Source: a virus
Taxonomy: Duplodnaviria > Caudoviricetes
Strand: one strand, 5' to 3'
Virus record (IMG/VR): IMGVR_UViG_3300033141_002737
Span: 1-61,862 of that record
Length of the DNA: 61,862 bases
A model generated the notes under the pieces. The model saw only the letters and a program-made list of their open reading frames with translations. It was not told where the DNA came from and made no database searches. A program made the translations under genes and the position numbers. Each line of letters opens with the position of its first letter. Position 1 is the first letter of the stretch. Positions 16,521 through 24,577 of the stretch are shown here, in pieces.

Positions 16521-17522
16521 ATGCCAACAGCAAAATCAATTGTCACAGCAAGTTCTTTAAAGAACGCATCAATTCATTACTCTAGTCCTGAGTTTATAGC
16601 AGGACAAGTATTTCCAATTCTTAAGGCTAATGACCCTACAATGAAAATCACTAAATACTTAGCAGCTGATTATTTTAGAAATGACGCTGGAGTAAGGGGT
16701 GAGGGTGGTGAAGCTAGAAGAGGCGGATTTAAAACCACCGAACAAACCTATAAATGCTTAGAAACTGCTTATGCGGTTCCTATTACAGATGAATTAAGAC
16801 GAAATGCTAGAAAGCAGTCATCTCAACCTTTGCAGCCTGATATTGAAGCTATAGAATTAGCTAAACGGAAGGTGCTTTTAAAAAGAGAATCAGAAGTATC
16901 TTCATTAGTAACTACAGGAATTTGGGCAGACGGTGCTGCAGGTGGATCAGATGCCGCAGGTGCGTGGTTAGCTTCCGCTGGAACTAATACATTTAAAATA
17001 GACATCAAAGCGGGTTTACAAGCTTTAAGAGCTAGAGGTATTGTATCTGGAGGAAATTTAGAAATAAGATTGCTTCTTGATGATTTAACTTTTGATGAAA
17101 TTATTGAAATTGCAGCTATAAGGGATCAAATTAAATATACTTCGGATAAATCAGTTACTCCAGAAATACTTGCTAGAATTTTAAAAATAGACAAAGTTAT
17201 CGTTCCATCTATTATTGAAAATACAGCCAAAGAAACTAAAGCAGGAACGGAATTTACAGCTAGTCGACTCTGGAGAATTAACGCCGATAAAGGAATGGCT
17301 TTATTATATGCTTATCCAAAACGTTTGGGGCTAAAAATGATGACAGCGGGCCTCATTGTTAATGATAAATTTGATTCTAGCGAAGGCGGTGGCTATGATA
17401 GATTAATGAAATTTAGAGAACCTGGTAATCATCAAGATGTTTATGAAGCTGCTGAAATGCGTGATCAACTTCAAATCTGCGCAGAAGCCGCTTATATGTG
17501 GAAAGATACTATTGCAACTTAA
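16521..17522 (+). CDS. major capsid protein
   Basis: 333 aa, position, FIAGQVFP motif, strong RBS. Confidence 0.8.
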   Translation: MPTAKSIVTASSLKNASIHYSSPEFIAGQVFPILKANDPTMKITKYLAADYFRNDAGVRGEGGEARRGGFKTTEQTYKCLETAYAVPITDELRRNARKQSSQPLQPDIEAIELAKRKVLLKRESEVSSLVTTGIWADGAAGGSDAAGAWLASAGTNTFKIDIKAGLQALRARGIVSGGNLEIRLLLDDLTFDEIIEIAAIRDQIKYTSDKSVTPEILARILKIDKVIVPSIIENTAKETKAGTEFTASRLWRINADKGMALLYAYPKRLGLKMMTAGLIVNDKFDSSEGGGYDRLMKFREPGNHQDVYEAAEMRDQLQICAEAAYMWKDTIAT

Positions 17523-17540
17523 TTTTAAAAGGAGTTAATT

Positions 17541-17996
17541 ATGGGTTATTGTAGTGTAGAAGATATAGAAGCCGTCATATATAGTGAGGATTTGGTTCAA
17601 TTGACTAATGATTTAGGCGGCGATACTGTTGATGATACTAAAATAACTGATGCTATATTATATGTAGATTGCATAATTGATGGATATTTAAGGGGTAGAT
17701 ATACTCTACCCCTCTCATCTATCCCGAACGAGTTAAAATATATAGCTATTGATTTTGTAGTTTATAGATTATATAGCCGAAGATTAGTAACTGAAGTTCC
17801 TGCGAGTGTAGAGCATAAGTATAAAGAAGTTATTAAATTACTTACAAATATTCAAAATGGTAAATTTAGTCTTGGAGTAGAAGATACAGATGGATATGAT
17901 GATCCTATTTTAGATACAAATAAATCTACAGCAGTTTCCTCTGTGAATAAATATTATAATGAAGATAAATGGGATGAATACGACGCATGGCTTTAA
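17541..17996 (+). CDS. head-tail adaptor (Mu gp36/DUF1320-like)
   Basis: MGYCS..D, LVQLT, IDGYLRGRYTLPL, YRLYSRR. Confidence 0.9.
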   Translation: MGYCSVEDIEAVIYSEDLVQLTNDLGGDTVDDTKITDAILYVDCIIDGYLRGRYTLPLSSIPNELKYIAIDFVVYRLYSRRLVTEVPASVEHKYKEVIKLLTNIQNGKFSLGVEDTDGYDDPILDTNKSTAVSSVNKYYNEDKWDEYDAWL

Positions 17997-18391
17997 ATAC
18001 TATAATAGATGATATTATAACTCAATTAAATGATGCCTTAAGGTTAAAAGTAGAAGGATTTCCGGATAATCCAAACGAGTATAAATTATTACATCCTAAA
18101 GGAGCTGTTTTAGTTTCTTTTAATAATTCTTCTTATACTCCTCCAGAATCCTTTGAATTTATCCAGCAAGTTAGAACCTTAGAAATTGGAATAACTCTAA
18201 TTATTAAAGGATTGCGAGATAAAAATGGGGCTTATGTTTATTTAGATTTAATAAATACTACTCTAACAGGATTTAAACCTACAGGATGCACTCAAATGTA
18301 TCCAGTTAGTGATTCATTCTTAACCGAAAATAATGGATTATGGCAATATGCATTAAATTATAAAATGACAACAGAGAATTACTCAAGTTAA
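17987..18391 (+). CDS. tail terminator (Mu gp37-like)
   Basis: HPKGAVLV, LTGFKP and GLWQY motifs; position. Confidence 0.8.
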   Translation: MALNTIIDDIITQLNDALRLKVEGFPDNPNEYKLLHPKGAVLVSFNNSSYTPPESFEFIQQVRTLEIGITLIIKGLRDKNGAYVYLDLINTTLTGFKPTGCTQMYPVSDSFLTENNGLWQYALNYKMTTENYSS

Positions 18392-18408
18392 TAAGGAGAA
18401 TAAATATT

Positions 18409-18963
18409 ATGGCAGGACCAAAGGTTGTTGCTTTTAGAGGCATACAAGATTGTAAGATAGCTAAATTACTTACAGATACTGATAGTGAAACTACTTATAA
18501 TACTATTTTAGACGTTCCAATTAAAAATTTATCTTTTAAACCTATCATTGAAACTTATACATTAAAGCATGATGATAATGATCAAGAAATTGATCAAGTA
18601 TTACAAGGATATGAAATCACTGGAGCTATGGCAAGAGTTCCTTTAGATGTTTTAGCCGTGATGGAAGGTGGAGAAGTAGCAGCCACTGGTACCGGAGATG
18701 CTGAAATACAAACATATACTAATCTATATACAGATATTCCAAATTATTTTAAATTAGAGACTCAATCAACAAGAGTATTTGGTTCAGACGGCACTCCAGG
18801 AGATTTACATAATTTATTCCATAAGTGTAAAATTACGGATATGAATCATTCTATAGAAGATGATTTCGCTACTATTGAATTTACTGCAAGGGTTGTTAGA
18901 ACAGTATATGAAGGTAAACTTAAAACCACTATTATTAATGAAACTGCAGCTGGAATTTCTTAG
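18409..18963 (+). CDS. major tail tube protein (siphovirus)
   Basis: Size, position, PNYFKLE motif; no sheath gene present. Confidence 0.75.
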   Translation: MAGPKVVAFRGIQDCKIAKLLTDTDSETTYNTILDVPIKNLSFKPIIETYTLKHDDNDQEIDQVLQGYEITGAMARVPLDVLAVMEGGEVAATGTGDAEIQTYTNLYTDIPNYFKLETQSTRVFGSDGTPGDLHNLFHKCKITDMNHSIEDDFATIEFTARVVRTVYEGKLKTTIINETAAGIS

Positions 18964-18971
18964 GTAAAATT

Positions 18972-19511
18972 ATGAGTAGAATAAATACATTTGGAAGTTC
19001 CGAAAAATTAAAAGGAAAGGAGAAAGAGATAAGACGTATTTTATCTCTTAAATCTCTTTCTATAGGTATTAATCAATTTCCTATATATTATCCTAATGTA
19101 GACTATTGGATTTTTTCAGATGAGAATACAATTAAAGATATTATAAAACTTAATGCCTATAAAGAGCAACGTATAATAACTAATAGACATATATACAATA
19201 AATATTCTAAAATATTAAATTGGAAATTTGAAGATCCATTTGAACCTAATCATATTCCTAATCATATAAGTAATTCCGGATGGTTCGCCATATGGTGGGC
19301 TATATCCAGAGGATATACTGATATGCATCTGTATGGAATTTTAGATGGAAATTATACTCGTAAACCTAATGGTGATGTAATCTTTAAAAATATATTTAAA
19401 GGAAACCATATTATGAAAAGTAAGGATTATGATAGATTTATGAGACAGATTGAAAGGGACTTCAATAAGAAGATTAAAATCTGTCAACCATTAAAATCTA
19501 TGGATGTTTAG
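18972..19511 (+). CDS. Maf/DUF115 or GT29-like transferase-fold protein
   Basis: SIGINQ...VDYWIFSD...NSGWFAIWWAISRGYTDMHLYGILD pattern. Confidence 0.55.
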   Translation: MSRINTFGSSEKLKGKEKEIRRILSLKSLSIGINQFPIYYPNVDYWIFSDENTIKDIIKLNAYKEQRIITNRHIYNKYSKILNWKFEDPFEPNHIPNHISNSGWFAIWWAISRGYTDMHLYGILDGNYTRKPNGDVIFKNIFKGNHIMKSKDYDRFMRQIERDFNKKIKICQPLKSMDV

Positions 19512-19575
19512 ATAAAATAAATATAGTAATTTCTCATTTATAAATTAGAAAATTAGTTTAAGAAAGGAGCACACG

Positions 19576-19947
19576 ATGAGTGATTTAAAGGTGATTAAGG
19601 ATGTAAAAATTCCTATAGAAGTTAATGGAGAAGTTAAGCATATAAATTATGACCTTAATGCTTTTGCAGAATTAGAAGACATTTATGGAACTATGGAAGA
19701 TATGCAAGCAGCTCTTGATACAGGAAGTATTAAGGCAATTAGAAAATTTTTATGGGCTGGATTAATACACGAAAACAAAGATCTAACAGAGGAAGAGGTA
19801 GGTAAATGGTTTAATGTAATTAGTATGCCTATAGTATCGGAAAAAATTAATGAAGCTCTTGGATTAGCTTTACCTGTAAGTAAAGAAACTAAAAAGGAGA
19901 CTCCTCCGGCAAAAAAAGCTCGGAACCAAGTTCGGAAGAATTCTTAG
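19576..19947 (+). CDS. tail assembly chaperone (gpG-like)
   Basis: YDLNAFAELEDIYG...IRKFLWAGLIHE; position before the tape measure gene. Confidence 0.85.
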   Translation: MSDLKVIKDVKIPIEVNGEVKHINYDLNAFAELEDIYGTMEDMQAALDTGSIKAIRKFLWAGLIHENKDLTEEEVGKWFNVISMPIVSEKINEALGLALPVSKETKKETPPAKKARNQVRKNS

Positions 19948-20159
19948 ATTGGGCTTGGTTCTATTATATAGCTACAGTTATACTCGGTATAGCTAAAGAA
20001 GATTTCTGGATAATAACTCCAAGAAAATTAATATTATTATTGGATCAACATATTAAATATCAAATTGCTATATCTGGGGGTGAATCTTCTTCATCTGATG
20101 CTTGTATGTCGGATGAGGAATATAACCATAAACAATCTTTAACATTATCTAAAATATAA
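19576..20159 (+). CDS. tail assembly chaperone gpGT via -1 frameshift at A-AAA-AAA (19911-19917)
   Basis: The -1 frame reads ...EFLDWAWFYYIATVILGIAKEDFWIITPRKL... to TAA at 20157-20159. Confidence 0.85.
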
Positions 20160-20181
20160 TATAAGAGTTGAAAAAATTATT

Positions 20182-22428
20182 ATGGTAAACAAAGATGTAA
20201 ATATAAAAATTCTGTTTGATGGTAAGCAATTTACAGACGGAATTGGCAAGGCTCAAAAATCTCTAAAGGCCTTTAAAGACGTAGGGAAAAGGATGGCAAT
20301 TGCAGGAGCTGCAATGGGAGTAGCTCTTGGTGGAGTTGTTAAGATTGCAGGAGATTTTGAAAAAAGTATGTCGAGAGTCCGAGCACTTTCTGGGGCTAAT
20401 ACCACAGAATTTAATTCCTTAAGTCAAGCTGCTAGAGATCTTGGAAAATCTACTGTATTTAGTGCATCAGAAGCTGCTGAAGGTATGTCTTATTTAGCTA
20501 TGGCAGGTTATAATACTTCAGAAATTATAGCAGCTATGCCTGGATTATTAGATGGCGCTGCAGCCGGACAACTTGAATTAGGTAGAACTGCGGATATAAC
20601 TTCTAATATTTTATCAGGTTTTGGAATAGAAGCTAATAAAACTAATGAAGTCATGGATGTTTTAACTGCTACATTTACATCTAGTAATACAACTATGGAA
20701 GAATTAGGAGATACAATGAAATTTGTAGCTCCTGTTGCAAAGGCTGCTGGAATCTCTTTAGAACAAACCGCAGCTGCAGCTGGAATTATGGCAAATGCGG
20801 GTATCAAAGGAGGTATGGCTGGGAGACAATTAAGAAGTATGATAGTTAGATTAATTGCTCCTCCTAAAGATGCTGCGGATGCAATTAATGAATTAGGATT
20901 ATCTATAACAGATGAAGCTGGTAAAATGAGACCTTTAGCTGATATTATAACTCAAACTAAGGTTGCAATGGAAGGTATGAGTGATTCACAAAAAACAGCT
21001 ATGGCGGCTTCTATAGCTGGGAGGGAGGCTGTAAGTGGATTCTTATCTTTATTAGGGGCAGGTGGTCCAGCTATTGCTAACTATACCAAAGAGTTAGAAA
21101 ATAGTGCAGGAGTTGCTAAAAAAATTGCAGCTGTTCAAACGGATAATTTAGGAGGTTCATTCGTAAAATTAAAAAGTGCTTTAATGGAAGCTGCTATTGC
21201 AATAGGTACGGCTTTAATTCCTGCAATTAGATCATTAGTAGATTTAGTTAAAGGCTGGGTTGATTGGTTTAATAAATTATCAGAACCCACAAAAGCCATA
21301 ATAGCTAAAATAGCGGCTTTGACAGCTGTCCTATTATTAGTAGTTGGTCCCTTATTATTTATTATTGGAAGTATTCCCGTTATATTAGCAGGAATAGGAG
21401 CTGTAACTGCTGTAATAGGTGCTATTATAGCTGTAGCTTCTGGAATTGGTCCGTTAATATGGCTTATTATAGCTGCAGGAATAGCTCTTGTAGCAAATTG
21501 GGATAAAATTAAAGCAGCAGCTATAGCTGTATGGGAGAAGGGTATTGCCCAATCAATAGCAGATTTATTAAAGAAATTTCCTGAATGGATAAATCAAATA
21601 AAAGGTAAAGCAATTGAAATAGGAAAAGCCTTAGTTCAAGGTATTATAACAGGTATTAAAAATATGGCTTCTTGGCTTAAGAATAATTTAAAAGATTGGG
21701 CTGGTGGAGTTATAACGGAAATTAAACGACAGTTTCAAATCAAATCTCCTTCTAAAATTACAGAAAAAATTGGAAAAAATTTAGTTGAAGGGCTAAATGT
21801 AGGAATATCTAATACAGCCGTTAATTATTCATTTCTCACAGATTTAGTAAACATTACTAATGAAGCTACTAATCAATTATCAGATACTATAACAAGTAAT
21901 TTAAGTGGTAGCATTGCAGGTGTATTAGATGGCTCAAAGTCTGTAGGTGAAGGTATAAAAGGATTTTTCAGGGGCGTTCAGCAATCTATAATTAAAATGG
22001 TGGCTGATATGATAGCAGAAATGATGAAATTATATGTTATTAAACCAATGCTTCAAAGTATATTTTCAGGCTTATCTGGATTTGGCGGAGGTACGGGCGG
22101 AGGTTTAATGCAGGGTATAGGAGGAATAGCTAAGGCGTTTGGTGGATTCTTTGCCGAGGGTGGAAGTCCTCCACTTGGAAAAGCTTCTATTGTAGGAGAA
22201 CGAGGACCAGAATTATTTGTCCCTAAACAATCTGGAACTATAATTCCAAATGGAGCTACAGGAGGACAATCTAATCCTACCTATGTATATGCACCTAATA
22301 TTCAAACTTCCGCTTCAAAAGAAGAAGTATTCGGAATTTTAGATAAACATAGTAGAGAATTTTTTAATCGGATACAAATTGGATTTCAAAATAATCATGG
22401 TTTACGATCTACACTTAAGAGTACATAA
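20182..22428 (+). CDS. tape measure protein (TP901 family)
   Basis: FEKSMSRV, STVFSASEAAEGMSYLAMAG and C-terminal VGERGPELFVP motifs. Confidence 0.95.
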   Translation: MVNKDVNIKILFDGKQFTDGIGKAQKSLKAFKDVGKRMAIAGAAMGVALGGVVKIAGDFEKSMSRVRALSGANTTEFNSLSQAARDLGKSTVFSASEAAEGMSYLAMAGYNTSEIIAAMPGLLDGAAAGQLELGRTADITSNILSGFGIEANKTNEVMDVLTATFTSSNTTMEELGDTMKFVAPVAKAAGISLEQTAAAAGIMANAGIKGGMAGRQLRSMIVRLIAPPKDAADAINELGLSITDEAGKMRPLADIITQTKVAMEGMSDSQKTAMAASIAGREAVSGFLSLLGAGGPAIANYTKELENSAGVAKKIAAVQTDNLGGSFVKLKSALMEAAIAIGTALIPAIRSLVDLVKGWVDWFNKLSEPTKAIIAKIAALTAVLLLVVGPLLFIIGSIPVILAGIGAVTAVIGAIIAVASGIGPLIWLIIAAGIALVANWDKIKAAAIAVWEKGIAQSIADLLKKFPEWINQIKGKAIEIGKALVQGIITGIKNMASWLKNNLKDWAGGVITEIKRQFQIKSPSKITEKIGKNLVEGLNVGISNTAVNYSFLTDLVNITNEATNQLSDTITSNLSGSIAGVLDGSKSVGEGIKGFFRGVQQSIIKMVADMIAEMMKLYVIKPMLQSIFSGLSGFGGGTGGGLMQGIGGIAKAFGGFFAEGGSPPLGKASIVGERGPELFVPKQSGTIIPNGATGGQSNPTYVYAPNIQTSASKEEVFGILDKHSREFFNRIQIGFQNNHGLRSTLKST

Positions 22429-22430
22429 GT

Positions 22431-22805
22431 ATGACAGCCACATTCATATATCAGCATAAAAAAGCATATAAAGTTAGCTCAACTTGGAAAACTATAGTTG
22501 ATGATATAGTATCCGGAGGAGAGCAAAGACGTAATATCTGGAGTACTTCTAAGAAAAAGTGGGTATTAGAATTTGATAAAGATTCGACAGATGTTGATGC
22601 TATACTTACATTTTTTGATGCTCGAAAAGGACGATTTGAAGCTTTTTATTGGGAGTGGCAAGCTACTCATCCCGATACTGGAAAGAATATAGGAGGGGAT
22701 GGAAATACTTATTTAGTAAGATTTGAGGATGATGAATTAAATATGAAACATTTATCTATAGGATATAAACATTTTCAAATAACTCTTGTTGAAGTATTAA
22801 CATAA
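22431..22805 (+). CDS. distal tail protein (DUF2460 / gpM-like)
   Basis: SGGEQRR, FFDARKGRFEAF and VRFEDD motifs; follows the tape measure gene. Confidence 0.75.
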   Translation: MTATFIYQHKKAYKVSSTWKTIVDDIVSGGEQRRNIWSTSKKKWVLEFDKDSTDVDAILTFFDARKGRFEAFYWEWQATHPDTGKNIGGDGNTYLVRFEDDELNMKHLSIGYKHFQITLVEVLT

Positions 22806-22831
22806 AAAAGCTAGGAATTTAATCCTAGCTT
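22804..22831 (-). terminator. intrinsic terminator of an antisense cassette
   Basis: AAGCTAGGA/TCCTAGCTT stem; T-tract on the minus strand only. Confidence 0.75.
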
Positions 22832-22851
22832 ACTTAATTACATAGTTAGTA

Positions 22852-23031
22852 TTAATTATTTAATTTTTTAAGTTCTGCATTTATAAATATATTAATTCTT
22901 CTATTTAGCTCTATAAATTTTTTACTATTTTCATCCTTCTTTTTTATATTTTGTATAATAAAATCCAATGCTTCTAAACTTTGGTTCATTCTTGCAGCGG
23001 GGTGTAATGCGTCTACTGTTTCTTTATTCAT
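22852..23031 (-). CDS. single cassette gene (59 aa, MNKETVDALHPAARMNQSLEALDFII...)
   Basis: Hand translation; AAAGGAG RBS behind promoter copy 4. Confidence 0.7.
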   Translation of the reverse strand: MNKETVDALHPAARMNQSLEALDFIIQNIKKKDENSKKFIELNRRINIFINAELKKLNN

Positions 23032-23062
23032 CTTGTGTCTCCTTTATTTAACTTATATATTT

Positions 23063-23114
23063 ATTATACAGTATAAAATTCAATTTTACAAGTGTTTTAT
23101 TAAGAATTATTAAA
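23063..23114 (-). promoter_or_regulatory. repeated early promoter element, copy 4
   Basis: TTGTAA 23091-23086, 17 bp, TATAAT 23068-23063. Confidence 0.85.
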
Positions 23115-23136
23115 TTTAATTTATAAAGGTAAGATT

Positions 23137-23913
23137 ATGTCTAAAGGGTTATCAACAGGGCAATTAGCTTTAATTCAAGCCGCTGAAGTTAAAACTCGAA
23201 TATTATTAACAATCACATTTAATAATTATATAGTGGGTATACAACTTGAAGATGGATCTGGAAATTTAGTTCTTGAGACTAAGGATGATTTAGAACTTGA
23301 AACGGAAGTAATCGAATTACTTGAGAATGATACTTTAGGATCTCTCACAGTAGCAGATAAATTATATTTAGCCGCTGCTGTAAAAAGAGGTTCAATTGAA
23401 AGTCAAATAGAAGGAGGAAAACAAAAAGTTGCAATTACTTTAAGTAATATTGATAAAATTTATAGTAATATTATAGCAGATAAAGGAGATATCTTAACAA
23501 ATGCCCGATGCAAAATAGAAGAAGTAATATTCATACCTCCCCTTTTAGATGTAATTTATTTAGAGGATGAAAGCGGAAATTTAATTTTAGAAAATGGGGA
23601 TAATTTCTCCCAAGAAAATAATTCTATTTTTGGAGATAGAGTTAATATATTCGAAGGATTTGTTAATAATGTAACGGTTACTCCAAAAGTATTTAGCTTC
23701 GATGTCGAAAGAATACTTGGAGGATATTCAACTCAAAGTCCTAATACCACTTATGATGTAAGTTGTCAATGGGTGTTTAAGGATAGTCGTTGTCAATATT
23801 CAGGTAATGAATCTACTTGTGATAAAACACTCACAGCTTGTCAAGCTCGTAACAATTCTAATAGATTTGGTGGATATCCAAGTATTCCTAGAGAATTAGT
23901 TATTAGGAGCTAA
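23137..23913 (+). CDS. tail tip/hub protein (lambda gpL / DUF2163-like, Fe-S Cys cluster)
   Basis: CQWVFKDSRC...CDKTLTAC...RFGGYPSIP. Confidence 0.8.
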   Translation: MSKGLSTGQLALIQAAEVKTRILLTITFNNYIVGIQLEDGSGNLVLETKDDLELETEVIELLENDTLGSLTVADKLYLAAAVKRGSIESQIEGGKQKVAITLSNIDKIYSNIIADKGDILTNARCKIEEVIFIPPLLDVIYLEDESGNLILENGDNFSQENNSIFGDRVNIFEGFVNNVTVTPKVFSFDVERILGGYSTQSPNTTYDVSCQWVFKDSRCQYSGNESTCDKTLTACQARNNSNRFGGYPSIPRELVIRS

Positions 23914-23989
23914 AAGGCTAGAAATTTAATTTTAGCTTTAGTAATAAGATTTCAGTGGTTATTATTTAATTTTATTAAGTTTTTCAAAT

Positions 23990-24151
23990 TTAAAGGTTAT
24001 CTCCTTCTTCATATGATATAATTTCAAATTTATTACATATATTAGCATCGTAATGGAATTTCATTATTTTTTTAGCTTCTTTATAAGTTTTACAAACTTT
24101 AGATAAATTACAAATATTTTCGCCTTCATAGTGACCTAAAACCATTAACAT
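23990..24151 (-). CDS. single cassette gene (53 aa, MLMVLGHYEGENICNLSKVCKTYKEAKK...)
   Basis: Hand translation; AAAAGGAG RBS behind promoter copy 5. Confidence 0.7.
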   Translation of the reverse strand: MLMVLGHYEGENICNLSKVCKTYKEAKKIMKFHYDANICNKFEIISYEEGDNL

Positions 24152-24183
24152 TTGTAGACTCCTTTTGTTTATCCTATATTTTA

Positions 24184-24235
24184 AGTATACAGTATAGAAT
24201 TTAGTTTTACAAGTGTTTTATTAAGAATTATTAAG
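24184..24235 (-). promoter_or_regulatory. repeated early promoter element, copy 5
   Basis: TTGTAA 24212-24207, 17 bp, TATACT 24189-24184. Confidence 0.85.
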
Positions 24236-24247
24236 ATGAGTTTTTAA

Positions 24248-24577
24248 ATGAATTTAGATATTTTACATAAACATATAGGAAAATCTAATAAAGAATTAGA
24301 TTGCTTATTTCCAATTTATTTACTTTATCCTGAATTACCTAAATATGATATAAATCAAGATAAAACTTATGTATATGAATCTATCTTAAAACATTGCAAT
24401 AAAGTAGATAATTTAAGATTAGGGGATTTAATTCTATTTAAGTTTTTAAATGGATATCATTTTGGAATTTATGCAGGAAAAGGTAATTTTTTCCACTATT
24501 TAAGACACGGTAATTTAAGATTAACTAATTTAAGAAGATATATAAAATATATAGAAGGGTACTTTAGAAAATGGTAA
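24248..24577 (+). CDS. NlpC/P60-like tail-tip protein (gpK-like)
   Basis: LDC...GDLILF...HFGIYAG...FFH. Confidence 0.75.
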   Translation: MNLDILHKHIGKSNKELDCLFPIYLLYPELPKYDINQDKTYVYESILKHCNKVDNLRLGDLILFKFLNGYHFGIYAGKGNFFHYLRHGNLRLTNLRRYIKYIEGYFRKW

